A DNA stretch of 64,000 nucleotides from Tubiluchus corallicola (GCA_030141605.1 JAQGDQ010000453.1:41835-105834), one strand, 5' to 3'; shown: positions 1 to 22,619, counted from the stretch's first letter. Program-made: numbers and translations. The notes: generated by a model from the letters alone, not told the origin.

Positions 1-2506
1 AAACGAAGTAAAACGTTTTAGTTAATACTGTGTAATACATGTATATAACAAAACGAAGCGAAACGTTTTAGGTGATACTGTGTAATACATGTATATAACA
101 AAACGAAGCGAAACGTTTTAGGTGATACTGTGTAATACATGTATATAACAAAAAGAAGTAAAACGTTTTAGGTAATACTGTGTAATACATGTATACAAAA
201 CAAAGTATAATATTTTAGTTAATACTGTGTAATACATGTATATAACAGAACAAAGTAAAATATTTTAGTTAATACTGTGTAATACATGTATATAACAGAA
301 CAAAGTAAAATATTTTAGTTAATACTGTGTAATACATGTATATCACAAAACGAAGTAAAACGTTTTAGTTAATACTGTGTAATACATGTATATAACAAAA
401 CGAAGCGAAACGTTTTAGGTGATACTGTGTAATACATGTATATAACAAAAAGAAGTAAAACGTTTTAGGTAATACTGTGTAATACATGTATACAAAACAA
501 AGTAAAATATTTTAGTTAATACTGTGTAATACATGTATATAACAGAACAAAGTAAAATATTTTAGTTAATACTGTGTAATACATGTATATAACAGAACAA
601 AGTAAAATATTTTAGTTAATACTGTGTAATACATGTATATAACAAAACGAAGTGAAACATTTTAGTTAATACTGTGTAATACATGTATATAACAAAACGA
701 AGTGAAACGTTTTAGGTAACACTGTGTAATACATGTTTATAACAAAACGAAGTGAAACGTTTTAGGTAATACTGTGTAATACATGTATACAACAAAACGA
801 AGTGAAACGTTTTAGGTAATACTGTGTAATACATGTACATAACAAAACGAAGCGAAACGTTTTAGGTGATACTGTGTAATACATGTATATAACAAAAAGA
901 AGTAAAACGTTTTAGGTAATACTGTGTAATACATGTATACAAAACAAAGTAAAATATTTTAGTTAATACTGTGTAATACATGTATATAACAGAACAAAGT
1001 AAAATATTTTAGTTAATACTGTGTAATACATGTATATCACAAAACGAAGTAAAACGTTTTAGTTAATACTGTGTAATACATGTATACAACAGAACAAAGT
1101 AAAACGTTTTAGGTAATACTGTGTAATACATGTATATAAAACAAAGTAAAATATTTTAGTTAATACTGTGTAATACATGTATATAACAGAACAAAGTAAA
1201 ATATTTTAGTTAATACTGTGTAATACATGTATATAACAGAACAAAGTAAAATATTTTAGTTAATACTGTGTAATACATGTATATCACAAAACGAAGTAAA
1301 ACGTTTTAGTTAATACTGTGTAATACATGTATATAACAAAAAGAAGTAAAACGTTTTAGGTAATACTGTGTAATACATGTATACAAAACAAAGTAAAATA
1401 TTTTAGTTAATACTGTGTAATACATGTATATAACAGAACAAAGTAAAATATTTTAGTTAATACTGTGTAATACATGTATATCACAAAACGAAGTGAAACG
1501 TTTTAGTTAATACTGTGTAATACATGTATACAACAGAACAAAGTAAAACGTTTTAGGTAATACTGTGTAATACATGTATATAAAACAAAGTAAAATATTT
1601 TAGTTAATACTGTGTAATACATGTATATAACAGAACAAAGTAAAATATTTTAGTTAATACTGTGTAATACATGTATATAACAGAACAAAGTAAAATATTT
1701 TAGTTAATACTGTGTAATACATGTATATCACAAAACGAAGTAAAACGTTTTAGTTAATACTGTGTAATACATGTATATAACAAAAAGAAGTAAAACGTTT
1801 TAGGTAATACTGTGTAATACATGTATACAAAACAAAGTAAAATATTTTAGTTAATACTGTGTAATACATGTATATAACAGAACAAAGTAAAATATTTTAG
1901 TTAATACTGTGTAATACATGTATATAACAAAACGACGCAAAACGTTTTAGGTAATACTGTGTAATACATGTTTATAACAAAACGACGCAAAACGTTTTAG
2001 GTAACACTGTGTAATACATGTTTATAACAAAACGAAGTGAAACGTTTTAGGTAACACTGTGTAATACATGTTTATAACAAAACGAAGTGAAACGTTTTAG
2101 GTAATACTGTGTAATACATGTTTATAACAAAACGAAGTGAAACGTTTTAGGTAATACTGTGTAATACATGTATACAACAAAACGAAGCGAAACGTTTTAG
2201 GTAATACTGTGTAATACATGTATACAACAAAACGAAGCGAAACGTTTTAGGTAATACTGTGTAATACATGTATACAAAACAAAGTAAAATATTTTAGTTA
2301 ATACTGTGTAATACATGTATATAACAGAACAAAGTAAAATATTTTAGTTAATACTGTGTAATACATGTATATAACAGAACAAAGTAAAATATTTTAGTTA
2401 ATACTGTGTAATACATGTATATCACAAAACGAAGCGAAACGTTTTAGGTGATACTGTGTAATACATGTATATAACAGAACAAAGTAAAACGTTTTAGGTA
2501 ATACTG
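1..2506. repeat. Tandem satellite, 50-bp unit (47-bp variant), ~50 copies, truncated by window start
   Basis: Unit AAACGAAGTAAAACGTTTTAGTTAATACTGTGTAATACATGTATATAACA repeated head-to-tail with no spacers; variants recur in blocks. Confidence 0.98.
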
Positions 2507-2531
2507 ATTGCTCATTGATAATTTCACTTAC

Positions 2532-2569
2532 AGCTTAACCAGTTGCGTTAACGATGAAAGATTCTCCAT
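2532..2569 (-). CDS. Candidate first coding exon of a minus-strand gene (MENLSSLTQLVK..), product unknown
   Basis: Minus strand reads AAA-ATG-G (good start context) at 2569, 12 codons + 2 nt, then CT|GTAAGT donor at 2531. No homology recognised; could be chance. Confidence 0.3.
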
Positions 2570-2897
2570 TTTCTCAATGTTGTTGTCTTGTAAGTAGAGA
2601 TGTGTGAGTCTTTTCGAAAAATTTTCCAGGTTTTCTATTCGGCTGATACAGTTATCATATAAATATATCAACGAAACATGATGGCAGCACGATATCACAT
2701 CCTATTAAGTTATTCAATGTAATAAATTTGTGGAAAATTCTATGCGAACTCAGTAAGCTAGAACTGTCTGTTACATTTTATAATGTACTGTAAGTAATTT
2801 GCTTCGTGAAAGATGTTGTGATGATGGCGATTAGTCGTTACTAAGAGAACGGTAAGCGCGTAACCCCAGGGCGGAATGGCTAAAAACATTCTGTTAA

Positions 2898-3722
2898 CCC
2901 TTAGCTGACCAAATATGGGGTAAAAAATTACCTCAGCTGTGTTTGCTCGCATTTTTATACTAATGCGTAGAACGAAAAAATATTAAACTAGCAGGGATCA
3001 AATATTTTTCAATTCGTTATGCAACCATACCTTATTTTTTGTTGAAAACTATTGTTCATTCTTTTTTACAAAGCACGAGTGCCAGATAATATCTCACACG
3101 TGGGGTAACTTATTACCCCTCTTGGTTATTACGCAGGCAAATTTTTTTGAGTCTAATAGCAATATTTTTCTTTCTGGTAGCACCATATGTTTGCCTTAGC
3201 AACTGAGAAGTACTGCAAACCTCCAAATGTATCCTGCAGTTCTGCAAAGTGATTTTTCAAACGATCTGTTAAGAAAATTTCATATTAACGTTTGTGGTCG
3301 TTGTTCTTCATTTAGTAATATGACGGGAACTTTTGCTGTACTGGTGACTGAGGCTGAAGCTGATTGGAATGGGATTTTAGAAAACCAGTAAGTGAATACG
3401 AACTGGATGTCTCAGAATTAAACAGTAGACGTCCTTAGTCTATTATGTCGCAAGATCTGCTAAACCACACAAAAACAATATAGCATCAACAATGGTACAA
3501 TAAACATAGTACAGTGCTGGAACGTCTCGTTGTGTCCTTCCTACCCTCATATGTCTACATCAACTTGACCCAGAACTTGATTTTGCACTACCAGGGGCAC
3601 CTTGATTGTTGGTTGGTCATTCTATTCAGTTAGTAACACATACTGAGCAAAATTTTCACGGGATAATTTGTTACCCCGCTTGGTCTTTAGTGTGATATAA
3701 AATTCCCTTGGTCGGCTAAGGG
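2898..3722. mobile_element. Non-autonomous piggyBac-like element (825 bp)
   Basis: TTAA at 2894-2897 and 3723-3726; TIR CCCTTAGCTGACCAA / TTGGTCGGCTAAGGG (14/15 match); asymmetrically spaced subterminal inverted repeats (GGGGTAAAAAATTACC vs GGATAATTTGTTACCCC), as in piggyBac ends; no intact transposase ORF. Confidence 0.88.
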
Positions 3723-4007
3723 TTAATGCCCTTAACTCTAACTTGCTAACTCGCTAACAACATTTGACAGGGTACATTGAGGAGATGACACAGCCAAATA
3801 CAATTATCTGAACCAAAACTTCTTAATTCCACTGCTTAACAAAGCCTTGCTTATTTCAGGGGTCAAAACGTAAAATGACAGTGAAAATAATTCTGAGAGG
3901 TTTGTGTAGTCCCGGAAAAACCGGGCGCTTACTATGGTTCCATGTAGCTTCAAGACAAAGAGGAAGCGCTTAAGGGTGTTAAAAAAGAACTTCGAAATAC
4001 ACCTCTC

Positions 4008-5833
4008 CCGTTTCGTCCACTACACACTTCTCCTAGTGAAACTACCAGCACTTTGTAAACCATTTCGTCCACTACACACTTCTCCAAGTGAAACTACTAG
4101 CACTTTGTAGACCATTTCGTCCACTACACACTTCTCCTTGTGAAACTACCAGCACCTTGTAGACCATTTCGTCCACTACACACTTCTCCTAGTGAAACTA
4201 CCAGCACTTTGTAAACCATTTCGTCCACTACACACTTCTCCAAGTGAAACTACCAGCACTTTGTAAACCATTTCGTCCACTACACACTTCTCCAAGTGAA
4301 TAGCACTTTGTAGACCATTTCGTCCACTACACACTTCTCCTTGTGAAACTACCAGCACCTTGTAGACCATTTCGTCCACTACACACTTCTCCTAGTGAAA
4401 CTACCAGCACTTTGTAGACCGTTTCGTCCACTACACACTTCTCCTAGTGAAACTACCAGCACTTTGTAGACCGTTTCGTCCACTACACACTTCTCCTAGT
4501 GAAACTACCAGCACTTTGTAGACCGTTTCGTCCTCTACACACTTCTCCTTGTGAAACTACCAGCACCTTGTAGACCATTTCGTCCACTACACACTTCTCC
4601 TAGTGAAACTACCAGCACCTTGTAGACCATTTCGTCCACTACACACTTCTCCAAGTGAAACTACTAGCACTTTGTAGACCATTTCGTCCACTACACACTT
4701 CTCCTTGTGAAACTACCAGCACTTTGTAGACCGTTTTGTCCACTACACACTTCTCCTAGTGAAGGTATCACCACCTTGTAGACCATTTCGTCCACTACAC
4801 ACTTCTCCTAGTGAAACTACCAACACTTTGTAGACGATTTCGTCCACTACACACTTCTCCTAGTGAAACTACCAACACTTTGTAGACGATTTCGTTCACT
4901 ACACACTTCTCCTTGTGAAACTACCAGCACTTTGTAGACCGTTTCGTCCACTACACACTTCTCCTCGTGAAACTACCAACACTTTGTAGACGATTTCGTC
5001 CACTACACACTTCTCCTTGTGAAACTACTAGCACTTTGTAGACCATTTTGTCCACTACACACTTCTCCTAGTGAAACTACCAGCACTTTGTAGACCGTTT
5101 CGTCCACTACACACTTCTCCTAGCGAAACTACCAGCACTTTGTAGACCGTTTCGTCCACTACACACTTCTCCTAGTGAAACTACCAGCACTTTGTAGACC
5201 ATTTCGTCCACTACACACTTCTCCTAGTGAAACGACCAGCACTTTGTAGACCATTTCGTCCACTACACACTTCTCCTAGTGAAACTACCAGCACTTTGTA
5301 GACCGTTTTGTCCACTACACACTTCTCCTAGTGAAGGTATCACCACCTTGTAGACCATTTCGTCCACTGGACACTTCTCCTAGTGAAACTACCAGCACCT
5401 TGTAGACCGTTTCGTCCACTACACACTTCTCCTTGTGAAACTACCAGCACTTTGTAGACCATTTCGTCCACTACACACTTCTCCTAGTGAAACTACCAGC
5501 ACTTTGTAGACCATTTCGTCCACTGGACACTTCTCCTAGCGAAACTACCAGCACTTTGTAGACCATTTCGTCCACTACACACTTCTCCTAGTGAAACTAC
5601 CAGCACTTTGTAGACCATTTCGTCCACTGGACACTTCTCCTAGTGAAACTACCAGCACTTTGTAGACCGTTTCGTCCACTACACACTTCTCCTAGTGAAA
5701 CTACCAGCACGTTGTAGACCATTTCGTCCACTACACACCTCTCCTAGTTAAACTACCAGCACCATGTAGACCATTTCGTCCACTGGGCACTTCTCCTAGT
5801 GGAACTACCAGCACTTTGTAGACCATTTCGTCC
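4008..5833. repeat. Tandem minisatellite, 52-bp unit, ~35 copies
   Basis: Unit CCATTTCGTCCACTACACACTTCTCCTAGTGAAACTACCAGCACTTTGTAGA, contiguous, no spacers. Confidence 0.98.
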
Positions 5834-6661
5834 TCTTTCTGCGAGTGTTTTCATTTTTTCTAAACAAATCCAGCTAACAAATAAGAAATACCTAAACGCA
5901 ATAAGGCAATTTCATACTTACTTTAGCAGATTTACTAAAATCATATGAACATGTAAGACCTTTCATTATCTAGCATTGAGACAGTTGCTTAGAAGATCTC
6001 GCGATTTAAGAGTCATTCCGTGAGAAAATCAGCAAAATAGTGGAAGGTGACAAATCACCGATTTTGTTCATATTCACAGGGTTTGATGGTCCCCTCAGAT
6101 GTACTCCACAGCCAAAATATTAGATTTCAGAAATGAGCCGTTTCTGAGAAAAGCCGCCATTTTGATTTTTTTCGGATTTTGGCCATTTTGGCGTAAAAAA
6201 TTGCCCATTATTTCTCACGTTATTACAGACAGTAAATGAGCGATCCAGCACTAGTTAATTGGTGATATATATAGTAGGGGTCTTACCCTACCGTACCATT
6301 ATCGTTGCCAAATTGAACCTCCTTTTCAGTTGGTGTCATCAGATTGCAAAAGATACGTGTCTGCTGCTGCTGAATTTAGACGCCATTTTGAAATCCCCAT
6401 AACTCCACTGGGGCGGTATTGGGGGACTAATCAATATATTTTTATTTGCAGCTTGACTAGTCCTACAAATGCATGAAATAAAATTTTGGCCAGCGATCTC
6501 CCAAGAGTCCAGAATTTTTAGCCAAAGTTGCTCTTTTTTTCCATTTTCACAACCTTGACCTATATTTAGCTATTCGCTTTGGATGACGGTGTTGCCATTA
6601 GAATCGATACAAAGTGCAGCAACGTCAATGTTTATAGTAATAATGGACTGGCTTTACATGT

Positions 6662-6948
6662 CTGGGCACTCCTAGCAACCAGGCCCCTCATCAGGGGCCG
6701 CATTCCCTTCGAAGGGCCCCTGTGACGATTACAACATAGTGATTTTTATAATCTGTATAAAACACGGAATAATTTCATGTACATAATAACAGTTTCGTGT
6801 ACAACCTGGGCACTCCTAGCAACCAGGCCCCTCATCAGGGGCCGCATTCCCTTCGAAGGGCCCCTGTGACGATTACAACATAGTGATTTTTATAATCTGT
6901 ATAAAACACGGAATAATTTCATGTACATAATAACAGTTTCGTGTACAA
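6662..6948. repeat. Direct tandem duplication, 144-bp period, 2 copies
   Basis: CTGGGCACTCCTAGCAACC...GTGTACAA starts at 6662 and at 6806; copies look identical by eye. Confidence 0.95.
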
Positions 6949-7700
6949 GTGCTCGGGCTATATACCTATGGCCCGTGGATCAATACGGGGGCCTCAGGAG
7001 GGCCCCACTGTCTTGACTGAAAAATAGACTTCAGTCAAAAAGGTTTAGTATCGCTTTGCTAAACAAGATTCTAAAGTAAGGCGGGCAAGGCGAGACAAGG
7101 CACTATTTGTGAAATTGTGTTGAAACCGCCGTGAGCATCGAATATAAGATGTTGCGAGCCAATTTTTAAAACGCGCACAGCTTTGTGTGGTCTTGTATTC
7201 AACAGGCGAATAGTTGTCAGTCCCTGATATTTTTCCTCAAATCAATTCAAGTTAATAGTTAGTTAGTTAATAATACCTTGGTGTGGCAACTTCGACAACC
7301 AGACTTCTGCTTACTAACAACGGGCGTTAACAAAAAAACTGGTTAAGAAACGCAGCAAAGGCCAGTACGACCCTGCCTCGGACTCTGTGCAACGTATGTT
7401 TCAAGCCATTCGCTCATATTGTATTTAACCGCCAGGTTTCCACCGTCTCGTAAAGATATACGCATATACACCGACTACCATATTCAACTAAACTCTAACG
7501 AGAATCAGGGCGCTGACGCTTATAATCGCAAATTTTCAAAATAGCAAAAAGGCAACAACAAATTCTTTACATCCACGACTATTTTTTATTCGCCAATATT
7601 CAATGAAAAGTCGCACTATAGTAAATAATAATAAGCTAATAATTGATAATACATACAGTAAGCTGCTACTATGTGTTGCTATGGTAACCTCCTTATCAAA

Positions 7701-8640
7701 AGAGACAGAGAGAGACACAGAGAGACAGAGAGAGAGAGTCACAGAGAGACAGAGGGAGTCACAGAGAGACAGAGAGAGACACATAGAGATAGAGAGAGAG
7801 ACACACGGAGACAGAGAGAGACACAGAGAGACAGAGAGAGAGAGACACACAGAGAGGCAGATGGAGACACAGAGAGACAGAAAGAGAGACACACAGAAAC
7901 AGAGAGACACACAGAGAGAGACAGAGACAGACAGAGACAGAGAAAGAGACAGAAAGAGACAGAGAGAGGCACAGAGAGACGGAGAGAGACAGAGAGAGAG
8001 ACACACAGAGACAGAGAGAGAGACACAGAGAGACAGAGAGAGACACAGAGAGAGACAGAGAGAGAGAGAGAGAGACAGAGAGAGACACAGAGAGACACAG
8101 AGAGGCAGATGGAGAGACAGAGAGAGACACACAGAGACAGAGAGACACAGAGAGACAGACAGAGACATAAAAAGAGACAGAGAGAGACACAGAGGGACAG
8201 AGAGAGACAGAGACAGAGAGAGAAACACAGAGAGACAGAGAGAGACACAGAGAGACAGACAGAGACACAAAGAGACAGAAAGCGACGGAGAGAGACACAG
8301 AGAGACAGAGAGAGGCACAGAGACACAGAGAGAGACAGAGAGAGACACACACAGAGAGACAGAGAGAGACACAGAGAGGGACACAGAAAGACAGAGAGAC
8401 AGACAGAGGCAGAGACAGAGAGTGACACAGAGAGAGACACAGAGAGACAGAGACAGACACAGAGAGACACAGAGAGAGAGAGAGAAGGACACAGAGAGAC
8501 AGAGAGAGACAGAGACAGAGAGAGACAGAGAGAGACACAGAGACACAGAGAGACAGAGACAGAGAGAGAGACAGAGAGAGACACAGAGAGACAGAGAGAG
8601 AGACAGACAGAAATACAGAGAGACAGAGAGAGACAGAAAC
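7701..8640. repeat. Compound (AG)/(AC) microsatellite
   Basis: AGAGAC/ACAG-type low-complexity run; explains the five overlapping ORFs here. Confidence 0.98.
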
Positions 8641-9259
8641 TGTAATTTATCGTTTCTTTTTGAAATTTTCATTTTTTATTCAGAATTATTAATAATTCGT
8701 ACTAATTTTTTTCCGATTTATGTCACATTCAAGATCGAATCTCGTCAATTTATGGACGAGCTGGCCAAAATTTTATTAATGATCTAAGTATGCCTGGTCA
8801 AACTGTAAATAAACATATATTAATTATACTTCAAATACCCGCCCCAGTGGAGTTATGAGAATTTTAAAACAAGGTGTCATTCAGACTGTAGCAGACACGC
8901 ATCTTTCATGAGCTCATGATACCTACTGAAAGAGAATCTCAATTCATCAAACTCAATGTGGCAATAGGGCAAGACCCCTACTATATATACCACAGAGCAA
9001 CTAGTCCTGGATCATTCATTTACTGCCTGTAATGATGTGACAAATATAGGTCATTTTTTTACGTCAAAATGGCCAAAATCCGAAAAAAATCAAAATGGCG
9101 GCCTATCTCCGAAACGGCTCATTTTTGATATCTAATATTTTGGCTGTGGGGTACATCTGAGGGGATCATCCAACCCTGTGAATATAAACAAAATCGGTGA
9201 TTTGTCACCTTCCACTATTTTTTGACTTTTGCATGGTTTTCTCGCGGAATGACTCTTAA

Positions 9260-9710
9260 AACATAAGAAAACTCTCTATACACATAAAGCTTAAAAATCT
9301 GTCTTGAAATTTTATATCACTTACATACTGCCTTTTTACATGCAGGACTTCAGTAGGCAGTAACGCTGTATAAGCATGTAAATTTAAACATGTAAATTTT
9401 GACGATAAGTCATTTGAAACAAGTTTGGATAACATTGTGTAAAGTTTGAAAAAAGAATCAGGGCATTGATAGCGCTCACGTCACTAGCTATGTAAAATTT
9501 TGAATTACTGTATCTTGTCAATAAGATTAAAAATACGTTTTTGATTAGTGAGTGGCGCCCCCTGGAGGGTGAGTCAGCGACATTTTACCAATTGGCACAA
9601 ACATTTTAAATTATTATTTCTAGTTACATAAGTCTTTCCAGCAGATAAGCGAAAAGCTAAGTAATACAGATTTGCATGGAAAGTTTTTTGTGATTTACTT
9701 TTCTTCCCCT
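9260..9710 (+). mobile_element. Degenerate TTAA-type dispersed repeat (family B)
   Basis: Aligns with 57049-58183 once the insertion there is removed (ATAAAGCTTAAAAA..GTCTTGAAATTT; GCAGTAAC..TGTATAA..CATGTAAAT; TTTGAAACAAGTTT.GATAACATT; end CTTTTCTTCCCCT). Confidence 0.7.
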
Positions 9711-9734
9711 GATTTACGTTTGCGTAGGTGACGT

Positions 9735-9890
9735 CATTTAATGGCGAGTTCGGTACAATATTGCGGGAAATTTAAAATGAAAACAAACAAAGTTCCTTTT
9801 AATGCGAGTACGATTGATGCATAAAATTGCTATAAAGTCGTGTGATTGTTTAAGGCGATTTTTTTGAAATTCATTTCAGGCACCTTTAAT
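9735..9890 (-). repeat. Fragment of the left end of the 31242-33275 element
   Basis: Reverse complement matches ~31254-31385 (AAAAATCGCCTTAAA...AATTTTATGC...TCGTACT...TTTTAAAT.TCCCGCAAT). Confidence 0.7.
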
Positions 9891-10717
9891 GGTAGAAATC
9901 ACTGCCAATGCGAGTGGAAGGAGGTTAAAATGATGCTGCACGATTCTGACATTAGAGAATCAGCGATCGACGAATAATCGGTTGAAGGTTAAATAATCCA
10001 CTTTTACATCAATGTGCTGAGTACCTGACATTGCTCCAACGTCCTGTTAATTATGCATGTAATTAATAAACTTACTATTGCATCGATGCCTCTCCCATGA
10101 GCAGAAATATGCGTCAACTTTGCAAGAATATTCTTAATTGAAGCTTTTCGATCGTTTCTCGTTTTTGATAACCGAGTGCTCACTATTTTTTCTAGAAAAT
10201 CTTTATTTAGGTGCATTGCTGTTAGGAAATCGTTAATTATTTTTCCAAAGCGTGCAGCAGTTATCAATGAGAGCTAGGTTTGCAACTGTGGAACATTTTC
10301 CGAATTTTTAAATTCAGAAATTATCACCATTGTTTTGCACAATGAAAATATTAACCAATAGTGTTCAATTCCAAGAACGATCTTCACCCAGCAAATATGA
10401 AGACATTGAAATACAATTCCTTGCTTGCTTTTTCTGAATAAATGCCTCCATGTTCTCCAATAAATGACATACGTTTTAAGTAAAGATAAAGATGGCTATT
10501 ATTGTATAAGCTTTTATACGACACCAAGACTGCTAAGAAAAAGAAATAAATGAATAGAAACAAATAAAACAAATACCACATGCAAAATACGTTAACACGC
10601 AAAAATAGGTAACCATTATACTAAAAATCTAAAGAAAAGTTAAGCATGTCAGAATAGGACGGTATTGTTTTATCCACTGAAATTAGAAACGGTAGGTAGC
10701 TACACAACTTTTAATAA

Positions 10718-10836
10718 CAAGTTTTAATCTATTATTTAATTATCAGAAACGCTTTTGCAGTATTAACTGTGTTAAAATTTATACTTTTCGTTGGACCTGA
10801 AAATGGGGTAGCACATGAAAAACCATCTTCGTTTAA
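10718..10836 (-). repeat. Terminal fragment of MITE family A
   Basis: TTTTAATCTATTATTTAATTATCAGAAACGCTTTTGCAGTATTAA...GAAAATGGGGTAG matches ~34720-34835 and ~62470-62587. Confidence 0.8.
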
Positions 10837-11265
10837 CAATATCAGATAAATTTCTTTTTTCCATTATTTAAAGTATCACACTAATTCTCACACACACTCA
10901 GGTCTTGATTTGCTTACATACATGCTACTTTTCTCCATTGAGATTAGCTCCTGTCATCCTTTATCAAGATAAAAATTATCAGTTTATAACCTTCAGTCGT
11001 GTTAAGCCGCGCCAATTAGTAACTGTAATGAGAGATCTCGCACAAATTTGCCCAACGCGTTTCAACACTTAACAATTGAAAAAAATATTTTTGGTTAAAT
11101 GATTGGCCGTCACTAAGAGTAATAAGAAGGCTTATAAATGGAAGATTTTTAAAAAAAAGGTAAATAGTAGAATATATAATTGCTTTAATTTTGCGTTTAT
11201 GCCCACGTATCTGCAGCTAAGCATAAGTACAAAGTACAAGCTGAACTACTTACTATCTAATAGTC

Positions 11266-20504
<9,239 letters not shown>

Positions 20505-20779
20505 TAAGTTAAGTACGTTACCATTTCTCTTTATGATAATTTGTTATGCTGTCATAGGATTAGATAAAACGTGCGTGCCTAGAGAGATTGCTAGCTTACG
20601 TATAATACAATACTTCCAACGTGTGACACTCAAATAATACAACTTGCCAACAAATATTTTCAATGGCGTTTCACGTAAGTTTATATCTATATTTTTGCTG
20701 CTAAAACACAGTTAAAATAACAGTTATTGTCTGATTGCAAGTAATAGAGGCTTTGCAGTAGCCGTCAGAAATATAAGTA

Positions 20780-20966
<187 letters not shown>

Positions 20967-22619
20967 GTAATAATATAATAATTATCTAATAATTCTACCC
21001 GGTTCCGACAATATAAATGCAAACATTATTTGTAATACAATATATCCATTGTTATAGAACTTAAAATTTAAATATCAGCTTCTGCTGTACCCTTTTACAG
21101 TATATATCTGCTTGACAGCATGACAAGATGAAGATGAAGTCTGTTGTTTCTTAACACTTTTGTACATTACACTCATGAATACAAGTTCTTTTTGTGCTTA
21201 AAACGCAGCTTCTCCTGTTCAACTTTCAATTTTATGATTTAAGTCAACTGATTGTTTCATCATTGACACTAACCACTTACGTAAACCGAGTGTAATCAAC
21301 CAACATAACCCTACATCCTAAATCACCAAAATACCATTGTCAGAAAAACATTTGACAAATATTGTCTTGAATAGAAAATAAGTAAAACCATAACAACAAT
21401 TATATGCATTTAGTTGATGAATATACACAATATAATGTATCAATATCAATAAATTTGTTTAAATGTTATGGTTTAACTTCAGGATTAGCACATGAAAGTA
21501 TATTAAAAAGGCAGCGGTAACTCCTAATTGAGACCAGATGCATAAAAAACGGCAATCCGATAATAGATAGTCTACAATATGGAAACATTTTAAATTACTA
21601 AGATTAAGGCTAGTCATTGTGCCGTGATCATTAACAGTAATGATAATGAATTTCATTAAATTTCAAAAAATAGGCTGGTGAGGCAAATAAAGAGATTGTA
21701 TACTGTGACTGTTTAGCACAAACTGTTAGGCTTGTACGTGTTGGCTGTGTACCCGTTTTCCTGAAGTTAGTGCTACTGTACTTAACACTGTTATAGTTAC
21801 TAGTGTAGCTTATACATGACTAAATACTTTAATATTATAGCAATTAATAATGATAGCAGTTTCTTGAATACTTTGACAGCATTTTATAAATCAAAGATTG
21901 TCGACAAGAATACAGTAATATCATTTCATTTAAACGCGGGTAGGATGCTGTTACCTGTAAAAACACATTGTTAATGCTTTTTTGCCCGATTTGAACATTT
22001 ACACATAACGTAGATGTTAACACTTTTAACTATTTTGTTATTTCCATGCAAATTCACTACACGGAGTACATGTAACGAAAATTATTGCAAAAACTTCAAA
22101 CGCACTCATAATAACGAAATAGCAGAAAGCAGCAGCTTGCCCAGCAGCATGGTGCCCATGGTGCGTCACTTTTTGCGCAAACTTCGCATTCTCTCTCTGA
22201 GGGCGCACCATCAAATTCTATGTATGCTGTAGAGAAAAGTTTTCAAAATAATTATTAATATAGGAAGAACGTCATCAATTTATTAAATCCGATTGCTATA
22301 TAGAAACGCTGTTATTTTTTGATAAAAAGAAATCCGTTGGTTTCTGCCTGATATTTGAATAAATGCAGAGGAAATAGAACCAGTGAATTTGATTGAAGTT
22401 TCTGAAAAACTACTTCGTGGTTCTTTTATTGCAGATTTTAGTTTTGCTTGTCTGTTGAAGATAAAGAAATTACAAAGATTTTCTCTTGATAGTTTCTCTT
22501 CTTGTAGTCTCGAAATCTGCTGCTGGTATAAAAATAACTTCACGTTATAAGCGCATAGCTAAAATTGTATGAGCAGCCAAAACGAAACTATCAGTAGCAA
22601 ATTGTTGCAACGTGTTGCA

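Larger units (their letters stand above)
6010..9255. mobile_element. Non-autonomous TTAA-targeting DNA transposon with ~490-bp imperfect TIRs (Kolobok-like)
   Basis: TTAA at 6006-6009 and 9256-9259; ends GAGTCATTCCG...CGGAATGACTC; ~6010-6495 aligns to the reverse complement of ~8757-9255. TTAA duplication with 5'-RR..YY-3' termini is the Kolobok signature. Confidence 0.85.

Noticed and set aside
1-5833. CRISPR-like appearance of the 50-bp and 52-bp arrays
   Set aside because: Units are contiguous with no unique spacers, no cas genes, and the DNA is eukaryotic.
7536-8787. Five long overlapping ORFs (RE/RD-rich and LS/LC-rich)
   Set aside because: Stop-free translations of the AG/AC microsatellite.
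10004-10267. 87-aa minus ORF as possible transposase relic
   Set aside because: No motif I can recognise.
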